A program made the translations under genes and the position numbers. Below are positions 1 to 10,202 of a DNA stretch of 64,000 nucleotides, one piece after another (within the stretch, counting starts at the first letter, position 1; every line of letters begins with the position of its first letter). The stretch is taken from the NCBI GenBank assembly GCA_963783385.1, contig CAWANJ010000003.1:128001-192000 (forward strand). Direction: 5' to 3'. The notes beneath the pieces were generated by a model. That model made no database searches. It was not told the origin of the DNA and saw only the letters and a program-made list of their open reading frames with translations. The stretch is from an uncultured Gemmatimonadales bacterium. Its GTDB lineage: Bacteria > Gemmatimonadota > Gemmatimonadetes > Palauibacterales > Palauibacteraceae.

Positions 1-2
1 GG

Positions 3-668
3 GAGAACCTGGCCACCTACGTGGGCGTGACCGCGCGCGTGTCGGGCCGGGACCTGGGGAGCACCATGGCCGAGATCCGGAGCCGCATCCGGCGCCAGGT
101 CACCCTCCCGCCGAGCTTCTCGATCCGCTACGGCGGCCTGTTCCAGCAGCAGGAGCAGTCCTTCCGGAATCTCCTCTACATCCTCCTGGCGGGCCTGGTC
201 CTGGTGTCGATCGTGGTGCTGTTCGAGTTCGGCGACTGGCGCGCCCCGATCGTGACGTCCGCCTGCGCCGCTTCGGTGCTGGCCGGGGTCCTCCTGGCCC
301 TCCACCTGACCGGCGTCACCCTCAACATTTCGAGCTACGTCGGCGCGATCATGATGGTCGGCATCGTGGGCGAGAACGCGATCTTCGTGATCCACGAGGC
401 CCGCGAGGAGCTCCGGCGCGAGGTCCCGGTGCATCTCGCGTGGGCGCGCGCCTCACGGAGACGGCTACGGCCCGTGGCCATGACGATTCTAGCCACCGCC
501 TTCGCCCTGGCCCCGCTGGCCATCGCCTATGGCGAGGGATCCCAGCTCATGCAGCCCCTGGCCATCGCGGTCATCGGGGGCTTCGTCCTCTCCGGGCCCA
601 TCGTGCTCTTCCTGCTCCCCGGGCTCTACCGCCTCCTGGACCCGCACGGGACGCTGGCCGGGGAGTGA
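3..668 (+). CDS. RND efflux transporter permease (AcrB/CusA/CzcA family), C-terminal part; 5' end outside window
   Basis: C-terminal TM helices with GIVGENAI, RRRLRPVAMT and MQPLAIAVIGG motifs; frame open from the window start. Confidence 0.9.
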   Translation, partial: ENLATYVGVTARVSGRDLGSTMAEIRSRIRRQVTLPPSFSIRYGGLFQQQEQSFRNLLYILLAGLVLVSIVVLFEFGDWRAPIVTSACAASVLAGVLLALHLTGVTLNISSYVGAIMMVGIVGENAIFVIHEAREELRREVPVHLAWARASRRRLRPVAMTILATAFALAPLAIAYGEGSQLMQPLAIAVIGGFVLSGPIVLFLLPGLYRLLDPHGTLAGE

Positions 669-764
669 CGGCGGGGGCGGGCGGCCACCGGCGGGTCGGG
701 GGCGCCGGCGGGGACGCGCGGCGGCCAACCGGCGCGGGGACCGCCGGGGCGAGTGAGGCGGCCC

Positions 765-2121
765 TCAGCCGGTGACCCTCGCCTCCTCGCCCGCGAACGC
801 CCACCGGATCGCGGGAGGCCCTGGCCTCGTCGATGTCCACGAGGGCCAGGAGCACGCCGCCCACCACGAAGAACACGACCAGGGAGAGAATGGCCCAGCG
901 GCCCGAGCCCGTCGTGTCGAGGACGAGGGCGAACAGGAGCGGGCCCCAGATGGCCGAGAATTTGGAGAGGACCGAGTAGAAGCCGTAGAACTCGGCCGAG
1001 GCCTCCTCGGGGATCATGGACCCGTACAGGCTGCGGCTCAGGGCCTGGGCCCCGCCCTGAACGAAGCCGACCGTGGCGCCGAGCGCGAAGAACGGGTAGG
1101 CCCGGCCGACCGGCAGCCGGAAGGCGGCCACGGCCACCAGAGTGTAGGCGACCAGGCACAGGATCACGGCCGCGCGCGTGCCCGTGCGGCCGCTGATCCA
1201 CCCGAAGAACCAGGCGCCGCCGAAGGCCACGAACTGGACGATGAGGAGCGTGACCATCACGGAGGTCAGGCTCAGCTGCAGGGTCCCGACCGCGTAGGCC
1301 GACGCCATGTTGATCGTGGTCTGGATCCCGTCATTGTAAACCAGGTAGGCGATCAGGAAGAGGAGGAGCTGACGGAAGCCGACCAGCCTGGCGAGCGTCC
1401 CGAGCACGCGTGCGAAGCCGAGCTTCGTGTAAGCCACTGGGCGCGGAAGCCCCGCCAGCTTCGCCGGGAGCTCCTGGGCGCGCCCCGTCTCCCGGAACCG
1501 GCTGAGGGCGAAGATCGAAAAGCCCAGCCACCAGACCCCGGACGAGGCCAGCGCGATCCGCACCGCCAGCTCCTGCCCGATCCCGAGCCGGTCGTGGAGC
1601 ACGACCAGCAGCATGGCCAGGGCGAACTGGAGGCCGCCGCCCACGTAGCCGGTCGCGTAGCCCCTGGCGGACACGCGGTCGATCGTGTCGGGAGTCGTGA
1701 TGTCGGGGAGGAAGCCGTCGTAGAACACGTTGGCGGCCACGAACCCGATCTGCGTGCACAGGAACAGTCCCATGGCGAGGGCCACGTGACCGGGCCGCAC
1801 GAAGAACAGACCGATGGCGAACAGTGCTCCGCCGAAGGCGAAGGCCCTGAGGAAGCGCTTCTTGGCGGCCGAGAAGTCGGCAATGGCGCCCAGCACCGGG
1901 GTCGCGATGAAGATCAGGAAAGTGACGCCGCCGACCAGGTAGCCCCACAGGGCCTCGCCGGTCACCACGTGCCCGAGGATCGAGAAGCCCTCGGCCGGGA
2001 CCACCGATTTGGTGAAGTAGGCGGGAAGCAGCGCCGCCATCACCGTGGTGGCGTAAGCGGAGTTGGCCCAGTCGTACATGGCCCAGCCGAAGATCGTGCG
2101 GGGGTCGTTCTTCGGGGCCAT
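765..2121 (-). CDS. MFS transporter (UMF1/Atg22-like family), probable 1-nt frameshift near the 3' end
   Basis: WAMYDWANSAY, GAIAD, QALSRSLY motifs. Removing one base near 806 gives a natural end DRWAFAGEEARVTG* at 765-767 instead of a low-complexity run-on to 571. Confidence 0.85.
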
Positions 2122-2359
2122 CGGGGCTCGCTCCAGGGTCGTGGGGGCGCGGACCGCGCGCGACGCCCCAAGTTCGCTTCGGAGGGTGCCCGGCGTCCAG
2201 GGAGCTCTCCCCCGGATGGGGGAAGACCTTGGCGCGGGGGCTCGCGTCCGGGAGGGGATTCGGTCAGGATGAGCGGAGTGGCGAGGATGGGAACCGGACC
2301 CGGATCACGGCGGCCGGCCCGCGGCTCGTGCTCGGGGCGTCGTGGTGAGAGGAGGGGGC

Positions 2360-2827
2360 ATGGCCAGCCAGTTCACGTACACGAGGCGCGTCGAGTTCGC
2401 TGACACGGACGCGGCGGGCGTGGCCCACTTCGCCTCCTTCTTCCGCTACATGGAGGAGGCCGAGCACGCCTTCTACCGCTCGCTGGGCTCGTCCGCCTAC
2501 CGGCTGGAGGCGGACCGCGTGGAGGGCATGCCCCGCGTGTCGGCGAGCTGCGACTATCTGAGCCCCGTCCGCTACGACGACGAGCTGGCCGTGCACCTCG
2601 TCGTGCGCGAGAAGACGGCGAAGGCGATCGGCTATGAGGTCCGCTTCGACCGGCTGGGCGCGGCGGAGCCGGTCACGGTGGCCCGCGGAGCCATGAAGGT
2701 GGTGCACGTCACGCGCGGCCACGGGGCGCGGGATTGGACGGTGACCGAGCTCCCGGCCGCCCTGCTGGAGCGGATCGAGGTGGCGCCCGAGCCGGACCCC
2801 GGCCCGCGGCACGGTGGTGCCGCGTGA
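2360..2827 (+). CDS. Acyl-CoA thioesterase (4HBT/YbgC hot-dog family)
   Basis: RVEFADTDAAGVAHFASFFRYMEEAE motif; GGAGG RBS before ATG 2360. Confidence 0.9.
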   Translation: MASQFTYTRRVEFADTDAAGVAHFASFFRYMEEAEHAFYRSLGSSAYRLEADRVEGMPRVSASCDYLSPVRYDDELAVHLVVREKTAKAIGYEVRFDRLGAAEPVTVARGAMKVVHVTRGHGARDWTVTELPAALLERIEVAPEPDPGPRHGGAA

Positions 2828-3294
2828 CCGACCGCCGCGACGTGGAGATCGAGCGGAAGTACCTGCTCTCCGGCCTTCCCGAAGCCGCGCGGGTCGTGAC
2901 GCCGATCGTCATCGACCAGGGCTGGCTTCCGGGCGAGCGGCTGCAGGAGCGGGTGCGGCGGATCCGCGACGTCGATGGGGAGCGCTACTCCCGGACGGTG
3001 AAGCTGGGCCGCGGGGTGGAGAGGCTCGAGGTGGAGGAGGCCGCGGACCGCGACCTGTTCGAGGCGCTGTGGCCCCTGACCGAGGGCCGCCGCGTCTCCA
3101 AGCTCCGCTACCGGATCCCCGAGGGCGACCTCGTGTGGGAGATCGACCGGTTCCGGGACCCGGAGCTGGTGCTGGCGGAGGTGGAGCTGCCCGACGCGGA
3201 GGTCGTGCCCGACCTGCCGGCCTGGCTGGCCCCCTACGTGACCCGCGAAGTGACGGGGGAGCCGGAGTACGTCAATGTGAACCTGGCGCGCTGA
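2824..3294 (+). CDS. CYTH-domain protein (triphosphate tunnel metalloenzyme)
   Basis: EIERKYLL, KLRY, WEIDRF, LAEVEL, EVTGEPEY motifs; GTGA overlap with upstream stop. Confidence 0.9.
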   Translation: MTDRRDVEIERKYLLSGLPEAARVVTPIVIDQGWLPGERLQERVRRIRDVDGERYSRTVKLGRGVERLEVEEAADRDLFEALWPLTEGRRVSKLRYRIPEGDLVWEIDRFRDPELVLAEVELPDAEVVPDLPAWLAPYVTREVTGEPEYVNVNLAR

Positions 3295-3325
3295 CGGGGG
3301 GAGCCCAGCGTGCTGACGGATCCGC

Positions 3326-3602
3326 TCAGCTCTCTCCGCCCCTGGCCAGCTCCCGCCGGAACTCGGACTCGTCCGACAGGCGGGCGAGCTCGGTCTCGGC
3401 GTTGTCCAGCTGGGTCTCGAGGAGGGCAAGCCGCGACTCGATCGCCGCCAGGCGATCGTTCGACTGCGGGGTCTGGCGGAGGTGGGCGATCGCCTCGACG
3501 ATCGGCTTGAAGGCGAAGCGGGCGGTGAGGCCGGCGACGGGGATGAGGACGATGAGCGTGCCCATGATCGACGCCCGCGAGTCCGGTCCAGTCTACTGGC
3601 AT
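3326..3602 (-). CDS. Small membrane-anchored coiled-coil protein, probable 1-nt frameshift near 3570
   Basis: RBS GAGG plus ATG 3602 gives MPVDWTGLAGV, which joins IMGTLIVLIPVAGLTARF in the next frame; TM helix then heptad-rich tail. Confidence 0.65.
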
Positions 3603-3856
3603 TTCGGCACCTCGGTTCCGGGGTCGATTCGCGCCTTCCGTACGTGGAGCGCGGAGCGGGGGTTTCGGCGCCGCGAGCTCGCGGGCGGGAACCCGGCCAT
3701 CATGCCTTCCGTCGGCCGTGTCCGCCAGTCGGGAAGGGCGCCGGGGAACCGCTCCCGCCCGATCTCCGTTGCGTTCGTCCACGCGGGGGCGCACCGTGCA
3801 CTCCGCGTGAGAGACCTCCACCACGTGACCGACCCCCTCACCGCACGGGAGATCCG

Positions 3857-4981
3857 ATGAGCCGCCCGACGAGCCGCAGGGAGTTCGTGAAGCGATCCGC
3901 CGTCCTGGCCGGGGCCGTGGGTCTGGGGGCGTGGGGAGGCGGCGCCGGCGACGGACCCGGGCGAGCTCCCCGCCCGCTCCGCATTCTCATCCTGGGCGGC
4001 ACCGGGTTCATTGGTCCGCACGAGGTCGACTTCGCGCGTGCCCGCGGACACCATCTCACGCTGTTCAACCGCGGCAAGACGAACCCCGGCCTGTTCCCGG
4101 ACATCGAGCAGCTGCACGGCGACCGGAACGGCGACCTGGAGTCGCTGAAGGGGAAGAGCTGGGACGTGTGCATCGACAACTCCGCCTCCAACATCGAGTG
4201 GGTGCGGCTGAGCGCCGCCCTCCTGGAGAACGCGGTGCGGCGGTACCTGTACGTGTCCTCGATCAGCGCCTACTCGGACATGAGCACGCCCGGGATGGAC
4301 GAGGACGCCCCCACCTTCACCTACGAGAGCGCCGGGGTGAGCCGGGACGCCACGAAGCTCCCCTACGGCCTGCAGAAGGCGCTGTGCGAGCGCGAGACGC
4401 GGAGGGTGTTCGGCGACCGGGCCACGATCGTGCGGCCGGGGCTCATCGTCGGGCCGCGGGATCCGACCGACCGGTTCACCTACTGGCCGGTGCGGGTCCA
4501 CCGTGGCGGCGATGTCCTGGCTCCGGGCACGCCCGCCGACCCGACCCAGATCATCGACGCCCGCGACCTCACTGGCTTCATGATCCGCCTGGTCGAGAAC
4601 GATACGGGCGGCACGTTCAACGCCACCGGCCACTCGCGCGGCATGGGAGAGTTGCTCGAGGGTATCCGCGAGGCGGAGGGTGCCGACTGCACGTTCACCT
4701 GGGCCGATGCCGCCTTCCTGGCCGCGCACGATGTCAAGCCGTGGTCGGACATGCCCGTGTGGGTGCCCGACACGAAGGAGACGGCCGGCTTCGCGCGCGT
4801 CGACATCCGGCGCGCGATCGGAGCCGGCCTCACCTTCGTCCCCCTGCGGCGGACCGTCCGCGACACGCTGGCCTGGTTCCAGGCGCAGCCCGCCGAGCGG
4901 CAGGCCCACCTGCGCTCCGGCCTCACGCCCGAGCGCGAGGCGGAGGTGCTCAAGGCCTGGAGGTCGCGGGCGGACGGCTAG
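3857..4981 (+). CDS. Tat-signal NAD-dependent epimerase/dehydratase (atypical SDR, isoflavone-reductase-like)
   Basis: SRREFVK twin-arginine motif; ILGGTGFIG Rossmann motif; YGLQK; RPGLIVGP. Confidence 0.9.
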   Translation: MSRPTSRREFVKRSAVLAGAVGLGAWGGGAGDGPGRAPRPLRILILGGTGFIGPHEVDFARARGHHLTLFNRGKTNPGLFPDIEQLHGDRNGDLESLKGKSWDVCIDNSASNIEWVRLSAALLENAVRRYLYVSSISAYSDMSTPGMDEDAPTFTYESAGVSRDATKLPYGLQKALCERETRRVFGDRATIVRPGLIVGPRDPTDRFTYWPVRVHRGGDVLAPGTPADPTQIIDARDLTGFMIRLVENDTGGTFNATGHSRGMGELLEGIREAEGADCTFTWADAAFLAAHDVKPWSDMPVWVPDTKETAGFARVDIRRAIGAGLTFVPLRRTVRDTLAWFQAQPAERQAHLRSGLTPEREAEVLKAWRSRADG

Positions 4982-5042
4982 CCGGGACGCGCCCGGCGCC
5001 ACGGGCGGCGGGGGCCCGGCCCCGCCCGCACCGCCGCTCGGC

Positions 5043-5465
5043 CTACACCAGCTTCGCGTCCAGGCTGATGTCGGCTCGGAACAGCTTGGACACCGGGCAT
5101 CCCTTCTTCGCCGCCTCGGCGTGCTCGAAGAACTCGTCCTCGTCGATGCCGGGGACGTCGGCCTCCAGGTGGAGGTCGATGCGGGGGATGGAGGGTCCAC
5201 CCTCGCCCGGCTCGAGGTGCACGTCCGCCCGCGTGCGGACGGACTCGGGCGGATGCCCCGCCTGGGCGAGGATGTTGGAGAGCGCCATCGAGAAGCACCC
5301 CGCATGCGCGGCGGCCAGCAGCTCCTCGGGGTTGGTGCCCTCGCCCTCCTCGAAGCGCGACCGGAAGGAGTAGGGGCCCTCCCAGGCGCCGCTCCCTACC
5401 GTCATGGTGCCGCGGCCGGCCTTCAGGTCACCGCTCCACTGCGCGCGCGAAGATCTCGTCGGCAT
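5043..5465 (-). CDS. osmC: OsmC family peroxiredoxin
   Basis: [19 protein letters not shown] and AKKGCPVSK motifs. Confidence 0.92.
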   Translation of the reverse strand: MPTRSSRAQWSGDLKAGRGTMTVGSGAWEGPYSFRSRFEEGEGTNPEELLAAAHAGCFSMALSNILAQAGHPPESVRTRADVHLEPGEGGPSIPRIDLHLEADVPGIDEDEFFEHAEAAKKGCPVSKLFRADISLDAKLV

Positions 5466-5632
5466 CTGCCTTCCTCCGTTCTCGTCCGTGTTGGGCGTGT
5501 GGTGGTCGCGGAAGGCAGGCCGCAAGGGTCGCGCCGGAGTCGGCGAGGATCGGGCGAGGGCGTGCGGAGCGGAGCGAAAGCCCGGGGGCGGCGGACCGGC
5601 CCCCGGGCATCGGGTCCAGGTTCCGAGGAGGG

Positions 5633-6139
5633 CTACATCGACGGCGCTGGCGCGTCCCGGTTCCAGATGTTCATGACGCCCTTCCAGGAGCCGTCCGCCT
5701 GCTTCTGCCAGATGGCGCCGAACTCACCCGCCTCGTGCACGGGCGAGCCCTGGGCGGGCTGGATGTCTGACGTGTAGACTCCCCACCCGGCCGCGAGGCT
5801 GCCGGAGATCCACATCTGTTTGGCCACGTTGTGGGTCTTCACCTGGCCCTGGGCCAGGAAGTCGGTCCACAGCTTTCGTATCGCGTCCGACCCCACGGCG
5901 GGAGGCGCGTCCGGCGGGCTGCTGACCGCGTCGGGCGTGAACATGGCCACGAGGCCGTCCACATCACCGGCGTTCATCGCAGAGTCGAACCCCGCGATGG
6001 CCGCTTCGAGGGCCGCGGAATCCGCGGCCGTGGCGGCCGGGGCGGACTGGGAGCCGCCTGTCTGCTGGTCGGTGGGCGCGCAGCCGAGCTGGGTCGCGGT
6101 CGCGGCCGCGAGAAGGATGAGGGCGAGCCGTGTTCGCAT
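5633..6139 (-). CDS. NTF2-like (DUF4440/YybH/SnoaL-like) lipoprotein
   Basis: Signal peptide with LGC lipobox; GDVDGLVAMFTPDAV and WQKQADGSWK patterns. Confidence 0.8.
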   Translation of the reverse strand: MRTRLALILLAAATATQLGCAPTDQQTGGSQSAPAATAADSAALEAAIAGFDSAMNAGDVDGLVAMFTPDAVSSPPDAPPAVGSDAIRKLWTDFLAQGQVKTHNVAKQMWISGSLAAGWGVYTSDIQPAQGSPVHEAGEFGAIWQKQADGSWKGVMNIWNRDAPAPSM

Positions 6140-6456
6140 GGGTCACCTCTGCAGGTTGTCGCACGCCGGGAAGGGTGAGAGGGTCGTTCCGGCGGGCAGG
6201 GAGCCGAACTCGCGGCGACTGAGATTGCCGGGTATCTAGATATGCTACCGCTGCCGAGTGCGCGGCGCCAGTGTCGGCGCATCGGGGCTGGCGGCCCATC
6301 CGACTCACGGAAGCTCGAGGGCCCCTCTTGATTCCCGGGTCCCTGCGGTGGCAGCTTCGTGGACGCTCGCCGCGGCGAGCGCACGGGCGAGTGGAGCCTC
6401 CCGGCGCGAGGCGGCCTCCTCGCGGTTCCCGAGAACCCGGGCCGGATATCGGCAGC

Positions 6457-8115
6457 ATGCTCTTGTTCCTCACTCTCATAGCCCTGTACCTGCTGCCGGT
6501 GGCCCACCCGGCTCTCACGTCGCTGGTGGGCGTCGACACCAGCTGGCTGTGGGGCGTCCACCTGGTGCCGGTCGCCATCCTCGCCTACCGGTATGGTTTC
6601 TGGGGCGCGCTTCCGGCGGTCCTGATCAGCGTCATGCTGGTCATCCTCGGGGAGTACGTGCTGGCGTCCACGGTGCTCTCGGGAGTCGGCCCCGGCACGG
6701 CCGACACGCTCGCGCTGGCCACCAGCTTCTCGGACGTGCTGGTCGCCGCCCTCACCCTGTACGCCCGGCGCACGGCCCACCGGCTCCGGGACACGGCGTT
6801 CACGGACCACCTCACCGAGCTCCCGAACCGCCGGCTGTTCCTGGACCGTCTCTCTCACAGGATCGCCCAGGCCCAGCGCCGCGTGGGGTCCCGGTTCGGT
6901 GTGCTGTTCCTGGACCTGGACGACTTCAAGCTCATCAACGACAGCCTCGGACACGCGGCCGGCAACGAGGTGCTGCAGCGCATGGCGCGGCGCCTGGAGC
7001 GGTGCATCCGGGCGGGGGACACCGTGACGCGCTGGGGGGGCGACGAGTTCGTGATCCTCCTGGACGAGGTCGTCGACGGGGCCGGGGCCGAGGTCGTGGC
7101 CCACCGCATCGCCGAGGCGCTCGAGACTCCGGTGGAGGTCGACGGCCATCGCGTGCAGCTCGCGGCGAGCATCGGCATCGTGGTGGGCTCGGAGCACGAC
7201 TCGGATCCCGAGGGCCTCGTCGGACAGGCCGATACGGCCATGTACCGGGCCAAGGGGCAGGGCAAGGGACGTATCGAAATCTTCGACCGCTCCATGCACG
7301 AGCGGGCCCGGACCCGGCTGGCGCTGGAGACCGATCTCGGACACGCGCTCGAGCGTGGCGAGTTCGTGCTGCACTACCAGCCGCTGGTGTCGCTGGCCAA
7401 TGGCGCGGTGGAGGGCCTGGAGGCCCTGGTTCAATGGCGGCATCCCAAGCGGGGTCTGCTGGCGCCCGGACACTTCATCGAGGTGGCCGAGGACACGGGC
7501 CTCATCGAGCAGCTCGGAACGTTCGTGCTCCGGGAGGCCTGCCAGACCCTGGCGGCGTGGCGCGGGCGCTTTCCGGCGGCCGCGCACCTGACCATGGGCG
7601 TCAACGTGTCGCCGCGGCAGCTGTCGCGCGGGGACTTCGTGGACCTCGTGGCGGAGACGTGCCGGGAGTTCGCCCTGCCTCCGGCGCGGGTCAACCTGGA
7701 GATCACCGAGACGACCCTGGTCGAGAACGCCCAGATGGCGTCCCGCTCCCTCGAGCAGCTCCGGAAGGTGGGCATCCAGCTCTCCATCGACGACTTCGGG
7801 ACCGGCTACTCGTCGCTGCACTACCTGCACCAGTTCCCCGTGCAGAGCCTCAAGATCGACCGCTCCTTCGTGGCCGCCCTCGGGGCCGATCCCCGTAACT
7901 CGGCCATCATCCGCGCCGTCGTGGCGCTGGCCCAGGAGCTCGGGATCCGGACGGTGGCGGAGGGCGTCGAGTACGCGAGCCAGATGCAGGTCGTCCAGAA
8001 GCTGGGCTGCGATCTCGCCCAGGGCTACCTGTTCTACCGTCCCCTGCCGCCCCAGGAGGTCGAGTCGCTCATCGCCCGGATGGGGAAACCCACGGCCCTC
8101 CGGGCCGCCGAGTAG
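6457..8115 (+). CDS. Membrane-anchored diguanylate cyclase/phosphodiesterase (GGDEF-EAL), paralog 1
   Basis: About 4 N-terminal hydrophobic segments; RAGD I-site; RWGGDEF; EALVQW; DDFGTGYSS; EGVE; QGY. Start could be further upstream. Confidence 0.93.
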   Translation: MLLFLTLIALYLLPVAHPALTSLVGVDTSWLWGVHLVPVAILAYRYGFWGALPAVLISVMLVILGEYVLASTVLSGVGPGTADTLALATSFSDVLVAALTLYARRTAHRLRDTAFTDHLTELPNRRLFLDRLSHRIAQAQRRVGSRFGVLFLDLDDFKLINDSLGHAAGNEVLQRMARRLERCIRAGDTVTRWGGDEFVILLDEVVDGAGAEVVAHRIAEALETPVEVDGHRVQLAASIGIVVGSEHDSDPEGLVGQADTAMYRAKGQGKGRIEIFDRSMHERARTRLALETDLGHALERGEFVLHYQPLVSLANGAVEGLEALVQWRHPKRGLLAPGHFIEVAEDTGLIEQLGTFVLREACQTLAAWRGRFPAAAHLTMGVNVSPRQLSRGDFVDLVAETCREFALPPARVNLEITETTLVENAQMASRSLEQLRKVGIQLSIDDFGTGYSSLHYLHQFPVQSLKIDRSFVAALGADPRNSAIIRAVVALAQELGIRTVAEGVEYASQMQVVQKLGCDLAQGYLFYRPLPPQEVESLIARMGKPTALRAAE

Positions 8116-8354
8116 CCTGGCGGCGGCGTCGGGCGGCGGCTCTCCCGGCGGGGGGCCGGCACGGCAGACGTCCTCCGCCACAGCCACGGTCTTTCACAGG
8201 TTACGTGCGGTCCTCGGAAGGCATTTCCTCTTGGAACGGGGTCCGACGATCGAACGCGTGATCACGCGTCCTTCCATGATCGTGGCCGTCTTCAGGATTC
8301 ACACCGCTCTCTCCGTTCGACCGTGTTCCGAAAAATGGCTCGCCGTTCGAACCC

Positions 8355-8382
8355 TTGATTTCTCGAGTTATCGGTGTATCCT
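8355..8382 (+). promoter_or_regulatory. Putative sigma70 promoter of GGDEF-EAL paralog 2
   Basis: TTGATT-N16-TATCCT in an AT-richer intergenic stretch. Confidence 0.5.
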
Positions 8383-8478
8383 TGGTGACGGTCCGTCCCC
8401 GCGTGCCCGCGGACGACCGCCACGGGCGGTCGCCGTACGCGGGCCGCACCCCCGGAGGACTCTCGACCGGGTGGTGGT

Positions 8479-10128
8479 TTGCTCCTCTTCCTGTCGCTCA
8501 CGGCCGTCTACCTGCTTCCGGCAGCGCACCCGGCCCTGTCCGCGCTCCTCGGCGTGGACACCGGCTGGCTGTGGAGCGTGCATCTCGTCCCCGTCGCCAT
8601 TCTCTCCTATCGGAACGGCGTATGGGGGGCGATTCCGGCGGTGCTCACCAGCGTCGTCCTGGTCCTCATCGGGGAGTTCGTGCTCGGGGGCGGAACCGTC
8701 GTCGGCCTGGACCCGTCGTCGGCCGATCTCCTCGCTCTCGCCACCAGCTTCTCGGACGCCCTCGTCGCCGCCCTGGCGCTGTATGCGAAGCGGAACGCGC
8801 GAGTCCTGCGTGCCGCCGCGTTCAGGGATCACCTCACCGGCCTTCCGAACCGGCGGTTGTTCCTGGATCGTCTCACACACCGGGTCGTCCAGGCCCGGCG
8901 CCATCCCCGGGACCGGTTCGGGATCCTCTTCCTCGACCTGGACAGCTTCAAGCTCATCAACGACAGCCTGGGACACGCGGTCGGAAACGAGGTCCTCCGG
9001 CGCACGGCCCGTCGCCTGGAGCGCAGCCTCCGCGACGTCGACACGGTGACGCGCTGGGGCGGCGACGAGTTCGTCGTCCTCCTGGACGAGGTCGAGGACG
9101 AGCAGGAGGCCACGATCGTGGTCCGGCGCATCTTCCACGCGCTCGAGCGCCCCATGGAGGTGGAGGGCTATCGGGTCCAGCTGGACGTGAGCGTGGGGGT
9201 GACACTGGGCACCGAGCACGACACGGACGCGGAGGCCCTCGTCGGTCAGGCCGACACGGCCATGTACCGCGCCAAGGGGCAGGGCAAGGGTCGAATCGCC
9301 GTGTTCACGCCTTCGATGCACGCGCAGGCGAGGACCCGCCTGGAGCTGGAGACGGAGCTCCAGGGCGCCATGGAGCGGGCCGAGTTCCTCCTCCACTACC
9401 AGCCACTGGTCTCCCTGGAGGACGGTGGCGTGGCGGGCCTGGAGGCCCTGGTGCGGTGGCGGCACCCGCGGCGCGGATTGCTGTCTCCCGCCGACTTCAT
9501 AGAGGTTGCCGAAGAGACGGCCGTGATCGTGCCGCTGGGGACGTTCGTGCTGCGAGAGGCGTGCCGCACGCTGGCCGGGTGGCGGCGTCGGCACGGGGAG
9601 CTGGACGGCCTGTCGATGGCCGTAAACGTATCGGCCCGACAGCTGTCGCGGAGCGACTTCGTGGAGCTGGTGGCGGAGGTGTGCCGCGAGTTCGAGCTGC
9701 CGCCCGGGTGCCTGCACCTGGAGATCACGGAGACGGTGCTGGTCGAGAACGCGGAGGCCGTCTCCCGGTCCCTCGACCGCCTGCGGAGCGTCGGCGTGAA
9801 GCTCTCCATCGACGACTTCGGGACCGGGTACTCGTCACTGGACTACCTGCACCGCTTCCCCGTCCGCCAGCTCAAGATCGACCGGTCCTTCGTGGAGCCG
9901 CTCCGCGATGGGCACCGAAACGCGGCCATCATCCGGGCCGTGGTGGCGCTCGGCCGCGAGCTGGGGATCCGAACCGTGGCGGAGGGGGTCGAGACCGAGC
10001 AGCAACGGGCCGTGGTCGAATCGGCGGGATGCGACTACGGACAGGGCTACCATTTCTTCCCGCCGCTGCTGCCCCAGGAGACCGAGACGCTGATCACCCG
10101 GATCGCGGCGGGGGTGGCCCGGGCGTAG
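8479..10128 (+). CDS. Membrane-anchored GGDEF-EAL protein, paralog 2
   Basis: Collinear with paralog 1; RDVD I-site; RWGGDEF; EALVRW; DDFGTGYSS. TTG start uncertain. Confidence 0.93.
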   Translation: MLLFLSLTAVYLLPAAHPALSALLGVDTGWLWSVHLVPVAILSYRNGVWGAIPAVLTSVVLVLIGEFVLGGGTVVGLDPSSADLLALATSFSDALVAALALYAKRNARVLRAAAFRDHLTGLPNRRLFLDRLTHRVVQARRHPRDRFGILFLDLDSFKLINDSLGHAVGNEVLRRTARRLERSLRDVDTVTRWGGDEFVVLLDEVEDEQEATIVVRRIFHALERPMEVEGYRVQLDVSVGVTLGTEHDTDAEALVGQADTAMYRAKGQGKGRIAVFTPSMHAQARTRLELETELQGAMERAEFLLHYQPLVSLEDGGVAGLEALVRWRHPRRGLLSPADFIEVAEETAVIVPLGTFVLREACRTLAGWRRRHGELDGLSMAVNVSARQLSRSDFVELVAEVCREFELPPGCLHLEITETVLVENAEAVSRSLDRLRSVGVKLSIDDFGTGYSSLDYLHRFPVRQLKIDRSFVEPLRDGHRNAAIIRAVVALGRELGIRTVAEGVETEQQRAVVESAGCDYGQGYHFFPPLLPQETETLITRIAAGVARA

Positions 10129-10202
10129 ACGCGTCGGGGGAGGCGGGCGCGGTCCCGGCCTCTGAGGCCGGGACGGGCTGGCGTCGGCGGCCGCCGGCTG
10201 GC

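Noticed and set aside
5974-8187. 737-aa minus-strand ORF and similar one at 8368-9717
   Set aside because: Antisense shadows of the GGDEF-EAL genes
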